Source: an uncultured Acholeplasmatales bacterium (GTDB taxonomy: Bacteria > Bacillota_I > Bacilli_A > Acholeplasmatales > UBA5453). Taken from it: a stretch of DNA of 62,579 nucleotides. The notes under the pieces were generated by a model. That model saw only the letters and a program-made list of their open reading frames with translations, was not told the origin of the DNA and made no database searches. This document shows positions 49,634-59,308 of this stretch, piece after piece (the first letter of the stretch is position 1; every line of letters begins with the position of its first letter). The translations under genes and the position numbers were made by a program. The stretch is from positions 1 to 62,579 of the forward strand of contig CAKMJY010000001.1 of assembly GCA_927433595.1 (NCBI GenBank). Reading direction: 5' to 3'.

Positions 49634-50215
49634 ATGGGGTTATCTTACCTATTAATTAAAGGTATCAAACAACTGAATATCGATGATGAAGCAACCTTAT
49701 CTAACTTATTATTAGATATGATGCCAACCGCGAAAATAGAAATCGAGCAGGATTTTTTAAGTGTTATCTTAAGAGAATCATACAGCTATAATTTTAGCGA
49801 TATTATCTTCAATACCAATGCGGAACTTTATACCAACTTGTCTTTATATGAATCCAGTATTTTCAGTGATTATGATGAACTCATCAAAGATAAATCATTT
49901 AAGATGATGCAACTGAGGTTTGATCGTATATATCTAAACGACAAGATTTTATTCTATGAACGCATATTAGATGTGATCGATGAGACATTCAAAAGGCAAG
50001 TATTAAAAGAGTTTTATGACGATCCGGAGTTTCTAAACACCATCAAGGTATTTATTGAAAAGAATCAAAATACCAGTGAAGCTTCTAAATTTCTTTATCT
50101 ACACCGCAATACACTCATCAACCGAATTGAAAAGTTTTACCGAGTCACAGGTTATGATTTAAAGAAATTTGAAGATGCTGCCATCGTATATCTTTTAGTA
50201 AAGGACGCTAAGTAA
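49634..50215 (+). CDS. PucR/CdaR-type HTH regulator
   Basis: N.SEASK.LYLHRNTL..RIEK...TGYD. Confidence 0.88.
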   Translation: MGLSYLLIKGIKQLNIDDEATLSNLLLDMMPTAKIEIEQDFLSVILRESYSYNFSDIIFNTNAELYTNLSLYESSIFSDYDELIKDKSFKMMQLRFDRIYLNDKILFYERILDVIDETFKRQVLKEFYDDPEFLNTIKVFIEKNQNTSEASKFLYLHRNTLINRIEKFYRVTGYDLKKFEDAAIVYLLVKDAK

Positions 50216-50216
50216 T

Positions 50217-50711
50217 ATGCTCAAAAACACAACTGGCTTTAACCGTAAATTATTGGTTACCTACTTTTTATCTCATTTCATCAGAAGACAACTTTATATG
50301 GTATTCATTGGGTTTATATTAATCCTATCTATTGGTCTATTCATATTGGGCAATCTAAACAATATTGGCTATTTATTGTTGATTGAACTGATATATCTTT
50401 TAGTCGTTTCTTGTGTATTTATTTTATTAATACATGTCAAGATTAAACAGGGCTTAAGAAAAGGCATTGTTAGAATACACTATGAGTTTTTAGATACTGA
50501 GGTATTGGTGTCAAGTGTCATTGGCGGCGAAGAACTTAAAATGACATTCGCTTATCCTCAAGTGAAAAAGATTGTTAGGTACAGGCACGTTGTGATTATC
50601 TATTTTAAATATAACGAAGCGTTACTAATGGATGCCAATGGATTCACAGTGGGTAACTATGAAGCATTTAGACCATTCATATTAGACAAACTTAACTTAA
50701 CGAAAAAATAA
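50217..50711 (+). CDS. YcxB-like membrane protein
   Basis: Two TM segments followed by a YEF...Y....K C-terminal domain. Confidence 0.6.
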   Translation: MLKNTTGFNRKLLVTYFLSHFIRRQLYMVFIGFILILSIGLFILGNLNNIGYLLLIELIYLLVVSCVFILLIHVKIKQGLRKGIVRIHYEFLDTEVLVSSVIGGEELKMTFAYPQVKKIVRYRHVVIIYFKYNEALLMDANGFTVGNYEAFRPFILDKLNLTKK

Positions 50712-50769
50712 CATAATGGTTGGAAGTGTGCAAGTTGCACATTTCTTTTTTTATCTATTCACCTTATAA

Positions 50770-50783
50770 TGTAAGCGTTGACA
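50770..50783. promoter_or_regulatory. cre site at the msmX transcription start
   Basis: TGTAAGCGTTGACA directly after TATAAT (50765..50770). Confidence 0.75.
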
Positions 50784-50805
50784 ACTACTACAAAGGAGTG
50801 ATTTT

Positions 50806-51921
50806 ATGGCAACGCTAGACTTAAAACACATTGATAAGATTTATCCTAACGGCGTACAAGCGGTTTTTGATTTTAACTTAAGCATCAAAGACAAAGAATT
50901 TATCGTATTCGTTGGACCTTCAGGTTGTGGGAAATCTACAACATTACGTATGATCGCAGGGTTAGAAGAAATTTCTGCTGGTGAATTATACATCGACAAC
51001 TTATTAGTAAATGATGTCGCACCAAAAGACAGAAATATTGCGATGGTATTCCAATCCTATGCGTTATACCCACATATGTCAGTTTATGACAACATGGCTT
51101 TCGGATTAAAGATTCGTAAAATGCCTAAAAATGAAATTGATACAAAAGTTAAAGAAGCAGCAGCAATCCTTGGCTTATTACCTTACCTAGATAGAAAACC
51201 AAAAGCTTTATCAGGTGGTCAAAGACAACGTGTTGCCTTAGGTAGAGCCATCGTTCGTAATGCGAAAGTATTCTTAATGGACGAACCACTATCTAACCTA
51301 GATGCTAAACTACGTGTTCAAATGCGTGGGGAATTAATCAAACTACACAACAGAATTAACACAACTACCATCTATGTAACCCATGACCAAATTGAAGCGA
51401 TGACAATGGCTAGCCGTATCGTTGTTATGAAAGATGGTTATATCCAACAAGTTGGTGCACCAAAAGAAATTTATGACTATCCAAACAATATGTTCGTTGC
51501 AGGCTTCATCGGTACACCACCAATGAACTTCATCGAAGGTGTCGTTAATAAAGACGGTAGCTTCGTGGCTGGACAACATAAAGTTCAAGTACCAGAAGGT
51601 AAACTTGAAATCGTTAAACAAAATAACTTCTATGGCAAACCAATCGTTTTAGGTATTCGTCCAGAAGATATTCATGATGACAAACTAGTATTGGAAACTT
51701 ACCCAGACGCCATCCTTAAGGTTGAAGTTGACGTAGCAGAATTACTAGGTGCTGAAACTAACATTTACACTGCAGTTAATGGTAATAACATTTGTGCAAG
51801 CGTAGATGCACGTGCTGATATTAAGATTGGTGACAAACTTGAACTTGCTTTAGACATGAACAAGTGCCATTTCTTTAGCCCAGAAACTGAACAACGTTTA
51901 GTATTAGATCTTAACAAATAA
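50806..51921 (+). CDS. msmX: Multiple-sugar ABC ATPase (MsmX/MsmK-like), orphan
   Basis: GPSGCGKS, VFQSYALYPH, LSGGQRQR, TOBE-like C-terminus. Confidence 0.92.
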   Translation: MATLDLKHIDKIYPNGVQAVFDFNLSIKDKEFIVFVGPSGCGKSTTLRMIAGLEEISAGELYIDNLLVNDVAPKDRNIAMVFQSYALYPHMSVYDNMAFGLKIRKMPKNEIDTKVKEAAAILGLLPYLDRKPKALSGGQRQRVALGRAIVRNAKVFLMDEPLSNLDAKLRVQMRGELIKLHNRINTTTIYVTHDQIEAMTMASRIVVMKDGYIQQVGAPKEIYDYPNNMFVAGFIGTPPMNFIEGVVNKDGSFVAGQHKVQVPEGKLEIVKQNNFYGKPIVLGIRPEDIHDDKLVLETYPDAILKVEVDVAELLGAETNIYTAVNGNNICASVDARADIKIGDKLELALDMNKCHFFSPETEQRLVLDLNK

Positions 51922-51946
51922 AGAGACTTCGGTCTCTTTTCTTTTT
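51920..51946 (+). terminator. Intrinsic terminator
   Basis: AAAGAGAC-ttcg-GTCTCTTT plus T-run. Confidence 0.88.
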
Positions 51947-51951
51947 ATCCA

Positions 51952-52371
51952 ATGTTACTATATATCAATCAAGACTCAAGTGGGTCGAAACTATTTTTCG
52001 AAAACTATGTTCAACAAGCAGAAAAGGCATCCATCAGCATTGTCAAACTGTTGTGTGAACAAGCACTATTCAGTTATGAAAGCAGAATTAGATTAACCAA
52101 AACCAAGTTTAGGGTGAATACCAAAATACCAGTCTATGTTAACCAAAGTATATTTCTTATGCCATCTAAATCCCCGAAACAGTATGATAATATATGGCTA
52201 AATTACTTCGCAATTGTGGGATATCATCCATATCAGTCTAGTGTGGTGGTATTACTGAAGAATCGGAGTGAAATCGTCATAAAACAATCGTTTCGGGTTT
52301 TTCAGAATAAAATGAGGCTATGTGAAGCGATTCTTAGTTATATTAAACAAGTAGATGAAGATATACTATAG
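51952..52371 (+). CDS. comK: ComK-family protein
   Basis: SYESR...K.P......F.P.KSP...DNIWLN pattern. Confidence 0.7.
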   Translation: MLLYINQDSSGSKLFFENYVQQAEKASISIVKLLCEQALFSYESRIRLTKTKFRVNTKIPVYVNQSIFLMPSKSPKQYDNIWLNYFAIVGYHPYQSSVVVLLKNRSEIVIKQSFRVFQNKMRLCEAILSYIKQVDEDIL

Positions 52372-52473
52372 CGAATTGATAACATTTTCATGTGATATTT
52401 TCTAGTAAATATGAAGTCATAGTGATATAATATTGTCGGTTGAATATCATTAAAATAATTAATGGAGGACATT

Positions 52474-53667
52474 ATGACAAAAAAGACAGTCAGAGACATC
52501 GAAGTTTCTGGAAAAAAAGTATTAATCAGAGTCGATTTTAACGTGCCTATGCAAGACGGTAAAATCACAGACGAAAATCGTATTTTTGAAGCATTACCAA
52601 CCAAAAAGTATGTACTTGAAAATGGTGGTAAAGCCATCTTATTTTCTCACTTAGGCAGAGTTGCTAGCGCAGAAGATAAGAAAGATGCGACATTAGCACC
52701 AGTTGCTAATCGTTTAAGCGAATTATTGAATCAAAAGGTTGTCTTCGTACCTGAAACACGTGGTGCCGCTTTAGAAAGTGCCATCAACGAACTTAGAAAC
52801 GGCGACATTTTAATGTTTGAAAACACACGTTTTGAAGACATTGAAGGTAAGAAAGAATCAAAAAACAATCCTGAGTTAGGTGCTTATTGGGCATCACTTG
52901 GTGACGTATTCGTCAATGATGCATTCGGTACAGCACACAGAGCACATGCTTCAAATGCAGGTATCGCTGCAAACATCAAAGAGACCGTTGCAGGCTTCTT
53001 ATTAGAAAAAGAAATCAAATTCATCGGTGGTGCAGTCTCAAATCCAAAACGTCCTTTCGTTGCGATTTTAGGTGGTGCTAAAGTATCCGATAAGATTGAA
53101 GTCATTTCTAACTTATTAAAAGTTGCTGACAAAGTCATCATTGGTGGCGGTATGGCATACACATTCTTAAAAGCACAAGGGTTTGAAATCGGAACAAGCT
53201 TATGCGAACTTGAAAAAGTTGAATTGGCTAAATCCTTATTAGAACAAGCACAAGGTAAGATTGTTTTACCAATCGACTTTGCGTTTACTAGCAAGTTTGC
53301 CAATGAACCTGCATCACACGTAGGACCAATCACAGAAATTAAAGCAGACGAAATGTCATTAGATATCGGACCTAAATCCATTGAAATGTTTGCAGACATT
53401 TTAAAAACTGCAAAAACAGTCGTTTGGAACGGACCTATGGGCGTATTTGAAATGTCAAATTATGCTAAAGGTACCATCGGTGTTTGCGATGCAATCTCTA
53501 AACTAACTGAAGCAACAACCATCGTTGGTGGTGGGGATTCAGCTGCAGCAGCCATTCAATTTGGTTATGCATCTAAATTTACACACATTTCAACTGGTGG
53601 CGGCGCATCCTTAGAGTATTTAGAAGGCAAAGCTTTACCAGGCGTTGAAATTGTTGCAAACAAATAA
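52474..53667 (+). CDS. pgk: Phosphoglycerate kinase
   Basis: [31 protein letters not shown]. Confidence 0.98.
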   Translation: MTKKTVRDIEVSGKKVLIRVDFNVPMQDGKITDENRIFEALPTKKYVLENGGKAILFSHLGRVASAEDKKDATLAPVANRLSELLNQKVVFVPETRGAALESAINELRNGDILMFENTRFEDIEGKKESKNNPELGAYWASLGDVFVNDAFGTAHRAHASNAGIAANIKETVAGFLLEKEIKFIGGAVSNPKRPFVAILGGAKVSDKIEVISNLLKVADKVIIGGGMAYTFLKAQGFEIGTSLCELEKVELAKSLLEQAQGKIVLPIDFAFTSKFANEPASHVGPITEIKADEMSLDIGPKSIEMFADILKTAKTVVWNGPMGVFEMSNYAKGTIGVCDAISKLTEATTIVGGGDSAAAAIQFGYASKFTHISTGGGASLEYLEGKALPGVEIVANK

Positions 53668-53669
53668 TA

Positions 53670-54206
53670 ATGGACATCGGTAGTAAAATCAGAGCAATTA
53701 GGCTCGAAAGTGGTTTGACGCAAGAAGAACTGGCGAAAAGGTTAGCTTTATCCAAAGGCTATATATCCCAGTTAGAACATAATTTGGCGTCCCCATCCAT
53801 GACAACTCTATTTGCAGTTTTAGAAGTATTAGGTGTAGAACCAAGTGATTTCTTCCAAGAAACCCTTGATCAAGTTGTGTTTAAACCATCAGACTTTTCA
53901 AAAGAAGTAAACGGTGACTTAAAGCATAACATTAGAAGGATTCTACCTAATACGATAAAATATGACATGGAGCCCATCATGATTGAAATCCAACCCGGCG
54001 GGGCTTCTATCAAAAAAGACAGACACGCTGGAGAAGCGTTTGGTTATGTACTTGAAAGCGAAATTACGCTTTACTTAAATTTAAAGAAACATGTAGTGAA
54101 AACTGGTGAGACTTTCTATTATAAAGCGAAGAAGTCGCATCAAATCGTAAACCATACCAATAAAAAGGCAATAGTACTTTGGATTAGTACGCCGCCAATG
54201 TTTTAG
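53670..54206 (+). CDS. XRE-HTH plus cupin regulator (PuuR-like)
   Basis: LTQEELA...SKGYISQLE N-terminus; H.GE.FGYV cupin. Confidence 0.9.
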   Translation: MDIGSKIRAIRLESGLTQEELAKRLALSKGYISQLEHNLASPSMTTLFAVLEVLGVEPSDFFQETLDQVVFKPSDFSKEVNGDLKHNIRRILPNTIKYDMEPIMIEIQPGGASIKKDRHAGEAFGYVLESEITLYLNLKKHVVKTGETFYYKAKKSHQIVNHTNKKAIVLWISTPPMF

Positions 54207-54222
54207 AAAGGTGATATATATT

Positions 54223-54468
54223 ATGGAAAAAGAAATCATTGTAAAAAGCACAACTGGATTACACGCAAGCCTTGCAGTTAAAATCGTTCAAACCGCATCT
54301 AAGTATGCCGTTAATATTGAATTGCACTACAAGGACAAAGTTGTTGACCTTAAATCTATTTTAGGGTTAATGTCATTAGCAATTCCTAAAGGTGAAAACG
54401 TTAGAATTGTTGCATCCGGTCAAAATGCTGAAGACGCCATTAATGAAATCTCAGCGATTTTAGAATAA
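54223..54468 (+). CDS. HPr-family phosphocarrier (atypical)
   Basis: GLHA and KSILGLMSL motifs. Confidence 0.9.
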   Translation: MEKEIIVKSTTGLHASLAVKIVQTASKYAVNIELHYKDKVVDLKSILGLMSLAIPKGENVRIVASGQNAEDAINEISAILE

Positions 54469-54477
54469 GGAGTATTT

Positions 54478-55245
54478 ATGAATAATTTGAGAAAGCCTGT
54501 CATTGCAGGCAACTGGAAGATGTATAAAACACGTGACGAAGCACTTCAATTCATTTACACAGTGAATCAAGAAGTCCCAACAAGAGATTTAGTTGAGACC
54601 GTCATTTGTGCGAACGATGTTTTATTAAGAGATTTAGTCAAAAGACAAGGTGAAAACCTAAAAATAGGGGCTCAAAATATGCATTATGCAGAAAATGGGG
54701 CTTTTACAGGTGAAACCTCACCATTGGTATTAGAAACAACTGGTGTTGATTATGTCATCATTGGTCACTCTGAAAGAAGAGCGATGTTCAGTGAAACAGA
54801 TGAAACCGTTAATCTAAAATTACATGCCGCAATCAAACACGAATTGACACCAATTTTATGTGTTGGAGAATCTTTAGAAATTAGAGAAGCAGGCACAACC
54901 AATGAATGGGTTAAAAACCAAGTGGTTAAAGCATATAACAACTTAGATGCTAAACAAGCATTAGAAACCATTGTTGCTTACGAACCAATTTGGGCAATCG
55001 GTACAGGTAAAACTGCTACCCCTGAACAAGCTGAAGAAACCATTAAGGCTATTAGAGATGTACTAGTTACACTTTATGGTGACGTGGTCGCATCCAAGAT
55101 TAGAATTCTTTATGGTGGGTCAGTCAACACTAAAAATGTTGAATCACTACTAGCGAAAGAAAACATCGATGGGGCTTTAGTTGGTGGGGCATCACTAGAT
55201 GCAGCATCCTACTTAACCCTTGTTAAAGCAGCAACCCAAAAATAA
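54478..55245 (+). CDS. tpiA: Triosephosphate isomerase
   Basis: GNWKM, GHSERR, AYEPIWAIGTG, LVGGASL. Confidence 0.98.
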   Translation: MNNLRKPVIAGNWKMYKTRDEALQFIYTVNQEVPTRDLVETVICANDVLLRDLVKRQGENLKIGAQNMHYAENGAFTGETSPLVLETTGVDYVIIGHSERRAMFSETDETVNLKLHAAIKHELTPILCVGESLEIREAGTTNEWVKNQVVKAYNNLDAKQALETIVAYEPIWAIGTGKTATPEQAEETIKAIRDVLVTLYGDVVASKIRILYGGSVNTKNVESLLAKENIDGALVGGASLDAASYLTLVKAATQK

Positions 55246-55251
55246 CCAATT

Positions 55252-55291
55252 GACGCATCTATCTAAAAAGATAGGTGCGTTTTATTTTTTT
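55252..55291 (+). terminator. Intrinsic terminator
   Basis: GACGCATCTATCT-aaa-AGATAGGTGCGTT plus T-run. Confidence 0.85.
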
Positions 55292-55385
55292 CGCTTGCTT
55301 AACGATTAAAAAGCGCTATAATATCTTTGGATTATTTGATTTTGATGATTCTAAATCCACCAAACATCAGCCCATAGAGGTATTT

Positions 55386-56501
55386 ATGCAACATATAAAG
55401 CATTTTTTTCTGAAAGACAAAGTATTTTTAATTGCGTTTGTTTTTGCAGCATTTTCCATCATTATCCATCCGGTTTTTAGTGACTATAAAACCTACATCA
55501 ACTATAAAGTCTTGATCGTAATGTTTTCCTTGATGCTGTCGGTTGCAGGTATGACTGATCAACATCTATTCACGTTTATTGCAGTCAAAATGGTGAAACA
55601 TTTAAGGGACATGCGGTTGATTGCACTTGTGATCATCATCACCACGTTTTTCCTTGGAATGTTGATCACAAACGATGCCGTATTATTAACGTTGGTGCCA
55701 TTTACATTGTTTGTCACATCCAAAATTAACCGTCATAAAGAAGCTTTGATCATTGTCATATTGCAGACATTGGCAGCGAACTTAGGGTCTGCATTAACGC
55801 CAATGGGTGATCCTCAAAATATCTTTTTATACACCAATTTTAATATCCCATTCTGGGTATTTATGTCAAAAACAGCCGTGATTACCATCACTGGATTTAT
55901 TCTATTGATGCTAACAGTATTTGTTGTATTCAAAGATGATGTTGTTAAGCCCATCGTTGAAGATGTCTTTATAAAAGACTACCGAATCTGGATTTACTTA
56001 GTGATGTTTATATTAGCAATTTTAACGGTACTACATGTCATAAATCCATATATCGCATTAGGTATTGTTGTGTTATTGGGCTTAATCTTCTCAAGACATG
56101 AGTTTAGAAAAGTCGATTATCATTTACTACTAACCTTTGTGATGTTTTTCATCTTTACTGGTAACATATCCAATCTAGAAGCCGTTCAAAACTTATTTGA
56201 ACGTATATTAAATAGTCCAACCAATGTCTTTTTTACAGGTCTATTGGTATCACAAGTCATCTCAAATGTACCAGCAACTGTATTGTTATCCGCATTTACC
56301 GAAGAAGCATATTTACTGGATTTACTTCAAGGCGTCAATGTCGGTGCGATGGGGACCATCATTGGGTCCTTGGCGAGTTTGATTACATTTAAATTCGTCA
56401 TTAAGCTCTATCCTGAACGATTCAAAGAGTATTTAATCAAATACACGGTCATCTGTTTGATCTATATGGCAGTCATTATTTCAGTCATTTTTATACTATA
56501 A
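55386..56501 (+). CDS. Ion transporter superfamily permease (CitM/ArsB/SLC13-like)
   Basis: ITND, ANLGSALTPMGDPQN, SQVISNVPA; start at ATG 55386 after GAGGT. Confidence 0.88.
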   Translation: MQHIKHFFLKDKVFLIAFVFAAFSIIIHPVFSDYKTYINYKVLIVMFSLMLSVAGMTDQHLFTFIAVKMVKHLRDMRLIALVIIITTFFLGMLITNDAVLLTLVPFTLFVTSKINRHKEALIIVILQTLAANLGSALTPMGDPQNIFLYTNFNIPFWVFMSKTAVITITGFILLMLTVFVVFKDDVVKPIVEDVFIKDYRIWIYLVMFILAILTVLHVINPYIALGIVVLLGLIFSRHEFRKVDYHLLLTFVMFFIFTGNISNLEAVQNLFERILNSPTNVFFTGLLVSQVISNVPATVLLSAFTEEAYLLDLLQGVNVGAMGTIIGSLASLITFKFVIKLYPERFKEYLIKYTVICLIYMAVIISVIFIL

Positions 56502-56573
56502 CCTAGCTTAATCGCTAGGTTTTTTTCTTTATTTATCACCTTATGATAAAATGATGATAACGAGGTATGACAT

Positions 56574-56732
56574 ATGACAAAAAAAATCAATAGCTTTGAT
56601 TTCTTGAGAGGATTAGGTGTATTCTTTGTATTAATGTTACACACAGCATTTTCGTACACTAAGACTAGGAGTTATTCTATTAGTCTTAGTGTACGAAAAA
56701 AGCACACCATGATAGTGTGCTTCGTTTGTTAA
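56574..56732 (+). pseudogene. Truncated membrane acyltransferase (DUF1624/acyltransferase-3-like N-terminus)
   Basis: GAGGT SD; MTKKINSFDFLRGLGVFFVLMLH, then the frame runs into a palindrome and stops at 52 aa. Confidence 0.7.
56649..56699. repeat. Perfect 19-bp inverted repeat with 13-nt spacer
   Basis: TTTTCGTACACTAAGACTA ... TAGTCTTAGTGTACGAAAA. Confidence 0.95.
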
Positions 56733-56735
56733 TGA

Positions 56736-57335
56736 TTAACGGTTGTAGAATTCAACGATTAATTGTTCTTTTATTTCTGGTAAGATTTCATTTCTTTCTG
56801 GATATCTAACGAATGTGCCAACTGTAGTTGCTTCATCGAAAGAGACGAATTCCTTACGTGCTACCATCTTTTCTAAAGCAACTTTAACAATTGCTAAGTC
56901 TTTTGATGTTTCACGTAATGAAACTTTTTGTCCAGGTACTAAACGATAGGAAGCGATGTCCACTTTCTTACCGTCTACTAGGAAATGTCCATGGTTTACA
57001 AGCTGTCTAGCTTGTGCACGAGTCGCAGCGAAACCTAGGCGATATACCACGTTGTCTAATCTTGATTCTAATAGTCTCAAGAAATTTTCACCGTGTACAC
57101 CTTGAAGTTTTTTAGCTTCAACGAATGTTTTATGGAATTGCTTTTCAGAAACACCATACGTGAAACGTACTTTTTGTTTTTCTTGAAGCTGAGTACCATA
57201 ATCGCTTAATTTGCTTCTTCTTTGACCGTGTTGACCTGGTGCATAAGGACGACGTTGTAGTTCTTTACCTGTTTCTGATAAAGAATAATTTAAACGACGT
57301 GAAACCTTCCAAGATGGTCCTGTGTATCTACTCAT
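56736..57335 (-). CDS. rpsD: 30S ribosomal protein S4
   Basis: [32 protein letters not shown]. Confidence 0.98.
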   Translation of the reverse strand: MSRYTGPSWKVSRRLNYSLSETGKELQRRPYAPGQHGQRRSKLSDYGTQLQEKQKVRFTYGVSEKQFHKTFVEAKKLQGVHGENFLRLLESRLDNVVYRLGFAATRAQARQLVNHGHFLVDGKKVDIASYRLVPGQKVSLRETSKDLAIVKVALEKMVARKEFVSFDEATTVGTFVRYPERNEILPEIKEQLIVEFYNR

Positions 57336-57524
57336 AATTTTTACCTCCTTATAGATTTTGGTGGTAAAAAATGCATTCACAAGGTTTAAGGAGATCGTCT
57401 TGTCGCTTTCGCCTAAAGCAGAAGGTTACTTACTACCCCTATTAGGAAGCGATCTATTCTTAATTTGTTTTTGCCTGCTTTTACCGACAAACTACATTAT
57501 ACACAATTAATATTTATAAGTCAA
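57336..57524 (-). promoter_or_regulatory. rpsD promoter and ~150-nt leader (probable S4 autoregulatory RNA)
   Basis: TTGACT-17-TATAAT at 57496..57524 followed by a long untranslated leader. Confidence 0.6.
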
Positions 57525-57968
57525 TTATATTTCATATAAGTCAATAACGACCTTAGCGAATGCAACAAAAAAGGCTTCTAAGTCCGAATCGAATCGATTA
57601 AATAGCGGACTATCGATGTCTAAAACGCCAATTGGCTTGCCATTTTTATAAAGTGGTACGACCAGTTCAGAGTTAGAATTGGAATCACAAGCAATATGGC
57701 CGTCAAATTGATGGACATCTATGACGTTTAACACACGTTTTTGTTCAAACGATGTACCGCATACCCCTTTACCGACTTCAATTTCTACACAAGCAGGTAG
57801 GCCTTGGAATGGTCCAAGGATTAATTTATCTTGTTCATATAAATAAAATCCTGCCCAGTTTAAATCGGGTATATAAGCTTTTAAGAATGCACTGGCATTC
57901 GATAAAAGCGATAAGTTGTTTTTTGAACCTTCTAGCAATGATTTGCCGCTTTCTAATAGTAAATTCAT
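57525..57968 (-). CDS. msrC: GAF-domain free methionine-R-sulfoxide reductase
   Basis: NWAGFY, LGPFQG.PAC, GVCG, HIACD..S.SE. Confidence 0.92.
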   Translation of the reverse strand: MNLLLESGKSLLEGSKNNLSLLSNASAFLKAYIPDLNWAGFYLYEQDKLILGPFQGLPACVEIEVGKGVCGTSFEQKRVLNVIDVHQFDGHIACDSNSNSELVVPLYKNGKPIGVLDIDSPLFNRFDSDLEAFFVAFAKVVIDLYEI

Positions 57969-58045
57969 GGTATATCCTCACTTTTCTTCTAATACATTAT
58001 ACCAAAAAAATGGCCATTCTATGTTAAAATAGTAACGGTGATATA

Positions 58046-59308
58046 ATGTCGAATTACGATAAAGTTTTAATCCGTTTTGGCGATCTCATGCTAAAGGGAA
58101 AAAATCAAAGAATATTTAGGGAAAAAGCAATTGCCCTTTTAAAGAAAAACGTCATTGACTTGAATGTTAAATTAGAAAAAAGACACGACAGGTTGTTTTT
58201 AGTGATCAATGATGTCGAAGAATCTATCATAAAAGAACGTTTAATGCGAGTATCGGGTGTTGGGTCTTTTAGTTTTGTTGTAACAACAGAACCAAACTAC
58301 GAAACAATGGCTTTAAAAGCAATTGAACTCATAAAAAAAGAAGTTAAGAAACCAACCACATTTAAAGTGGAAACGAAGCGTACAGATAAATCGTTAAATG
58401 AAACCTCTCAAGAAATCACACAAATACTGGCGAGAAGTGTTTTAAAAGAGACATCAGACTTACTGACAGTAGACGTTAGAAACCCTGAACTGACTTTATA
58501 TTTTGAAATCAGAGCAGATGAAGCATTCATCTACCTAGATTCAATTAAAGGCTTAGGCGGGTTCCCAGTTGGTGCAGCTGGCCGTGGGTTATTATTACTT
58601 TCTGGTGGGATTGATTCCCCAGTCGCAGGCTTTTTAGCGATGAAACAAGGCATCGAAATCGAAGCGATTCATTTTGAGTCAACACCAATGACTTCCATTG
58701 AATCTGCTCAAAAAGTACTTGATTTGGCCAAAAAGATGAGCCTATATGCACAACGACATGAAATCAAAGTTCATATGGTACCATTTTCTAAAATTCATGA
58801 GGAAATCATTAACCGTATTTCACCATCCTATGTGGTGACTGTGATGAGACGGATGATGTTTAGATTGGCAGAAATGAAAGCCCATAAGACAAAATCTTTA
58901 GCGATCATTACGGGTGAATCTGTGGGGCAAGTTGCCTCACAAACCTTAGAGTCGATGGTAACGATAGAAGCCGTGACGACTTTACCAATTTTAAGACCAT
59001 TGATTACAATGGATAAACTAGATATCATCGATATATCTAAGAGAATTGATACCTATGACTTATCGATATTACCGTTTGAGGATTGTTGTACAGTCTACAC
59101 ACCGAAAAATGCTTCAACTACCCCATCGGTTAAAAAAGCATTGATCAATGAGAAGTTTATGGCAAACGTCGAAGGTTTACTAGAAGAAGCCATCAACGAT
59201 ATCAAAACATTTGTTATCTCGCCAAATCACCCAGTCAATTTAATTGAACATGGGTTTACAGTCAAGGAAGCCTGGGAGGCAATGCATGATCACATCGAAG
59301 GACAATGA
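58046..59308 (+). CDS. thiI: tRNA 4-thiouridine synthase
   Basis: THUMP region, LSGGIDSPVA, GQVASQT, EDCC. Confidence 0.96.
   Translation: MSNYDKVLIRFGDLMLKGKNQRIFREKAIALLKKNVIDLNVKLEKRHDRLFLVINDVEESIIKERLMRVSGVGSFSFVVTTEPNYETMALKAIELIKKEVKKPTTFKVETKRTDKSLNETSQEITQILARSVLKETSDLLTVDVRNPELTLYFEIRADEAFIYLDSIKGLGGFPVGAAGRGLLLLSGGIDSPVAGFLAMKQGIEIEAIHFESTPMTSIESAQKVLDLAKKMSLYAQRHEIKVHMVPFSKIHEEIINRISPSYVVTVMRRMMFRLAEMKAHKTKSLAIITGESVGQVASQTLESMVTIEAVTTLPILRPLITMDKLDIIDISKRIDTYDLSILPFEDCCTVYTPKNASTTPSVKKALINEKFMANVEGLLEEAINDIKTFVISPNHPVNLIEHGFTVKEAWEAMHDHIEGQ

Noticed and set aside
52377-52390. cre site upstream of pgk (TGATAACATTTTCA)
   Set aside because: It lacks the central CG; too weak to call.
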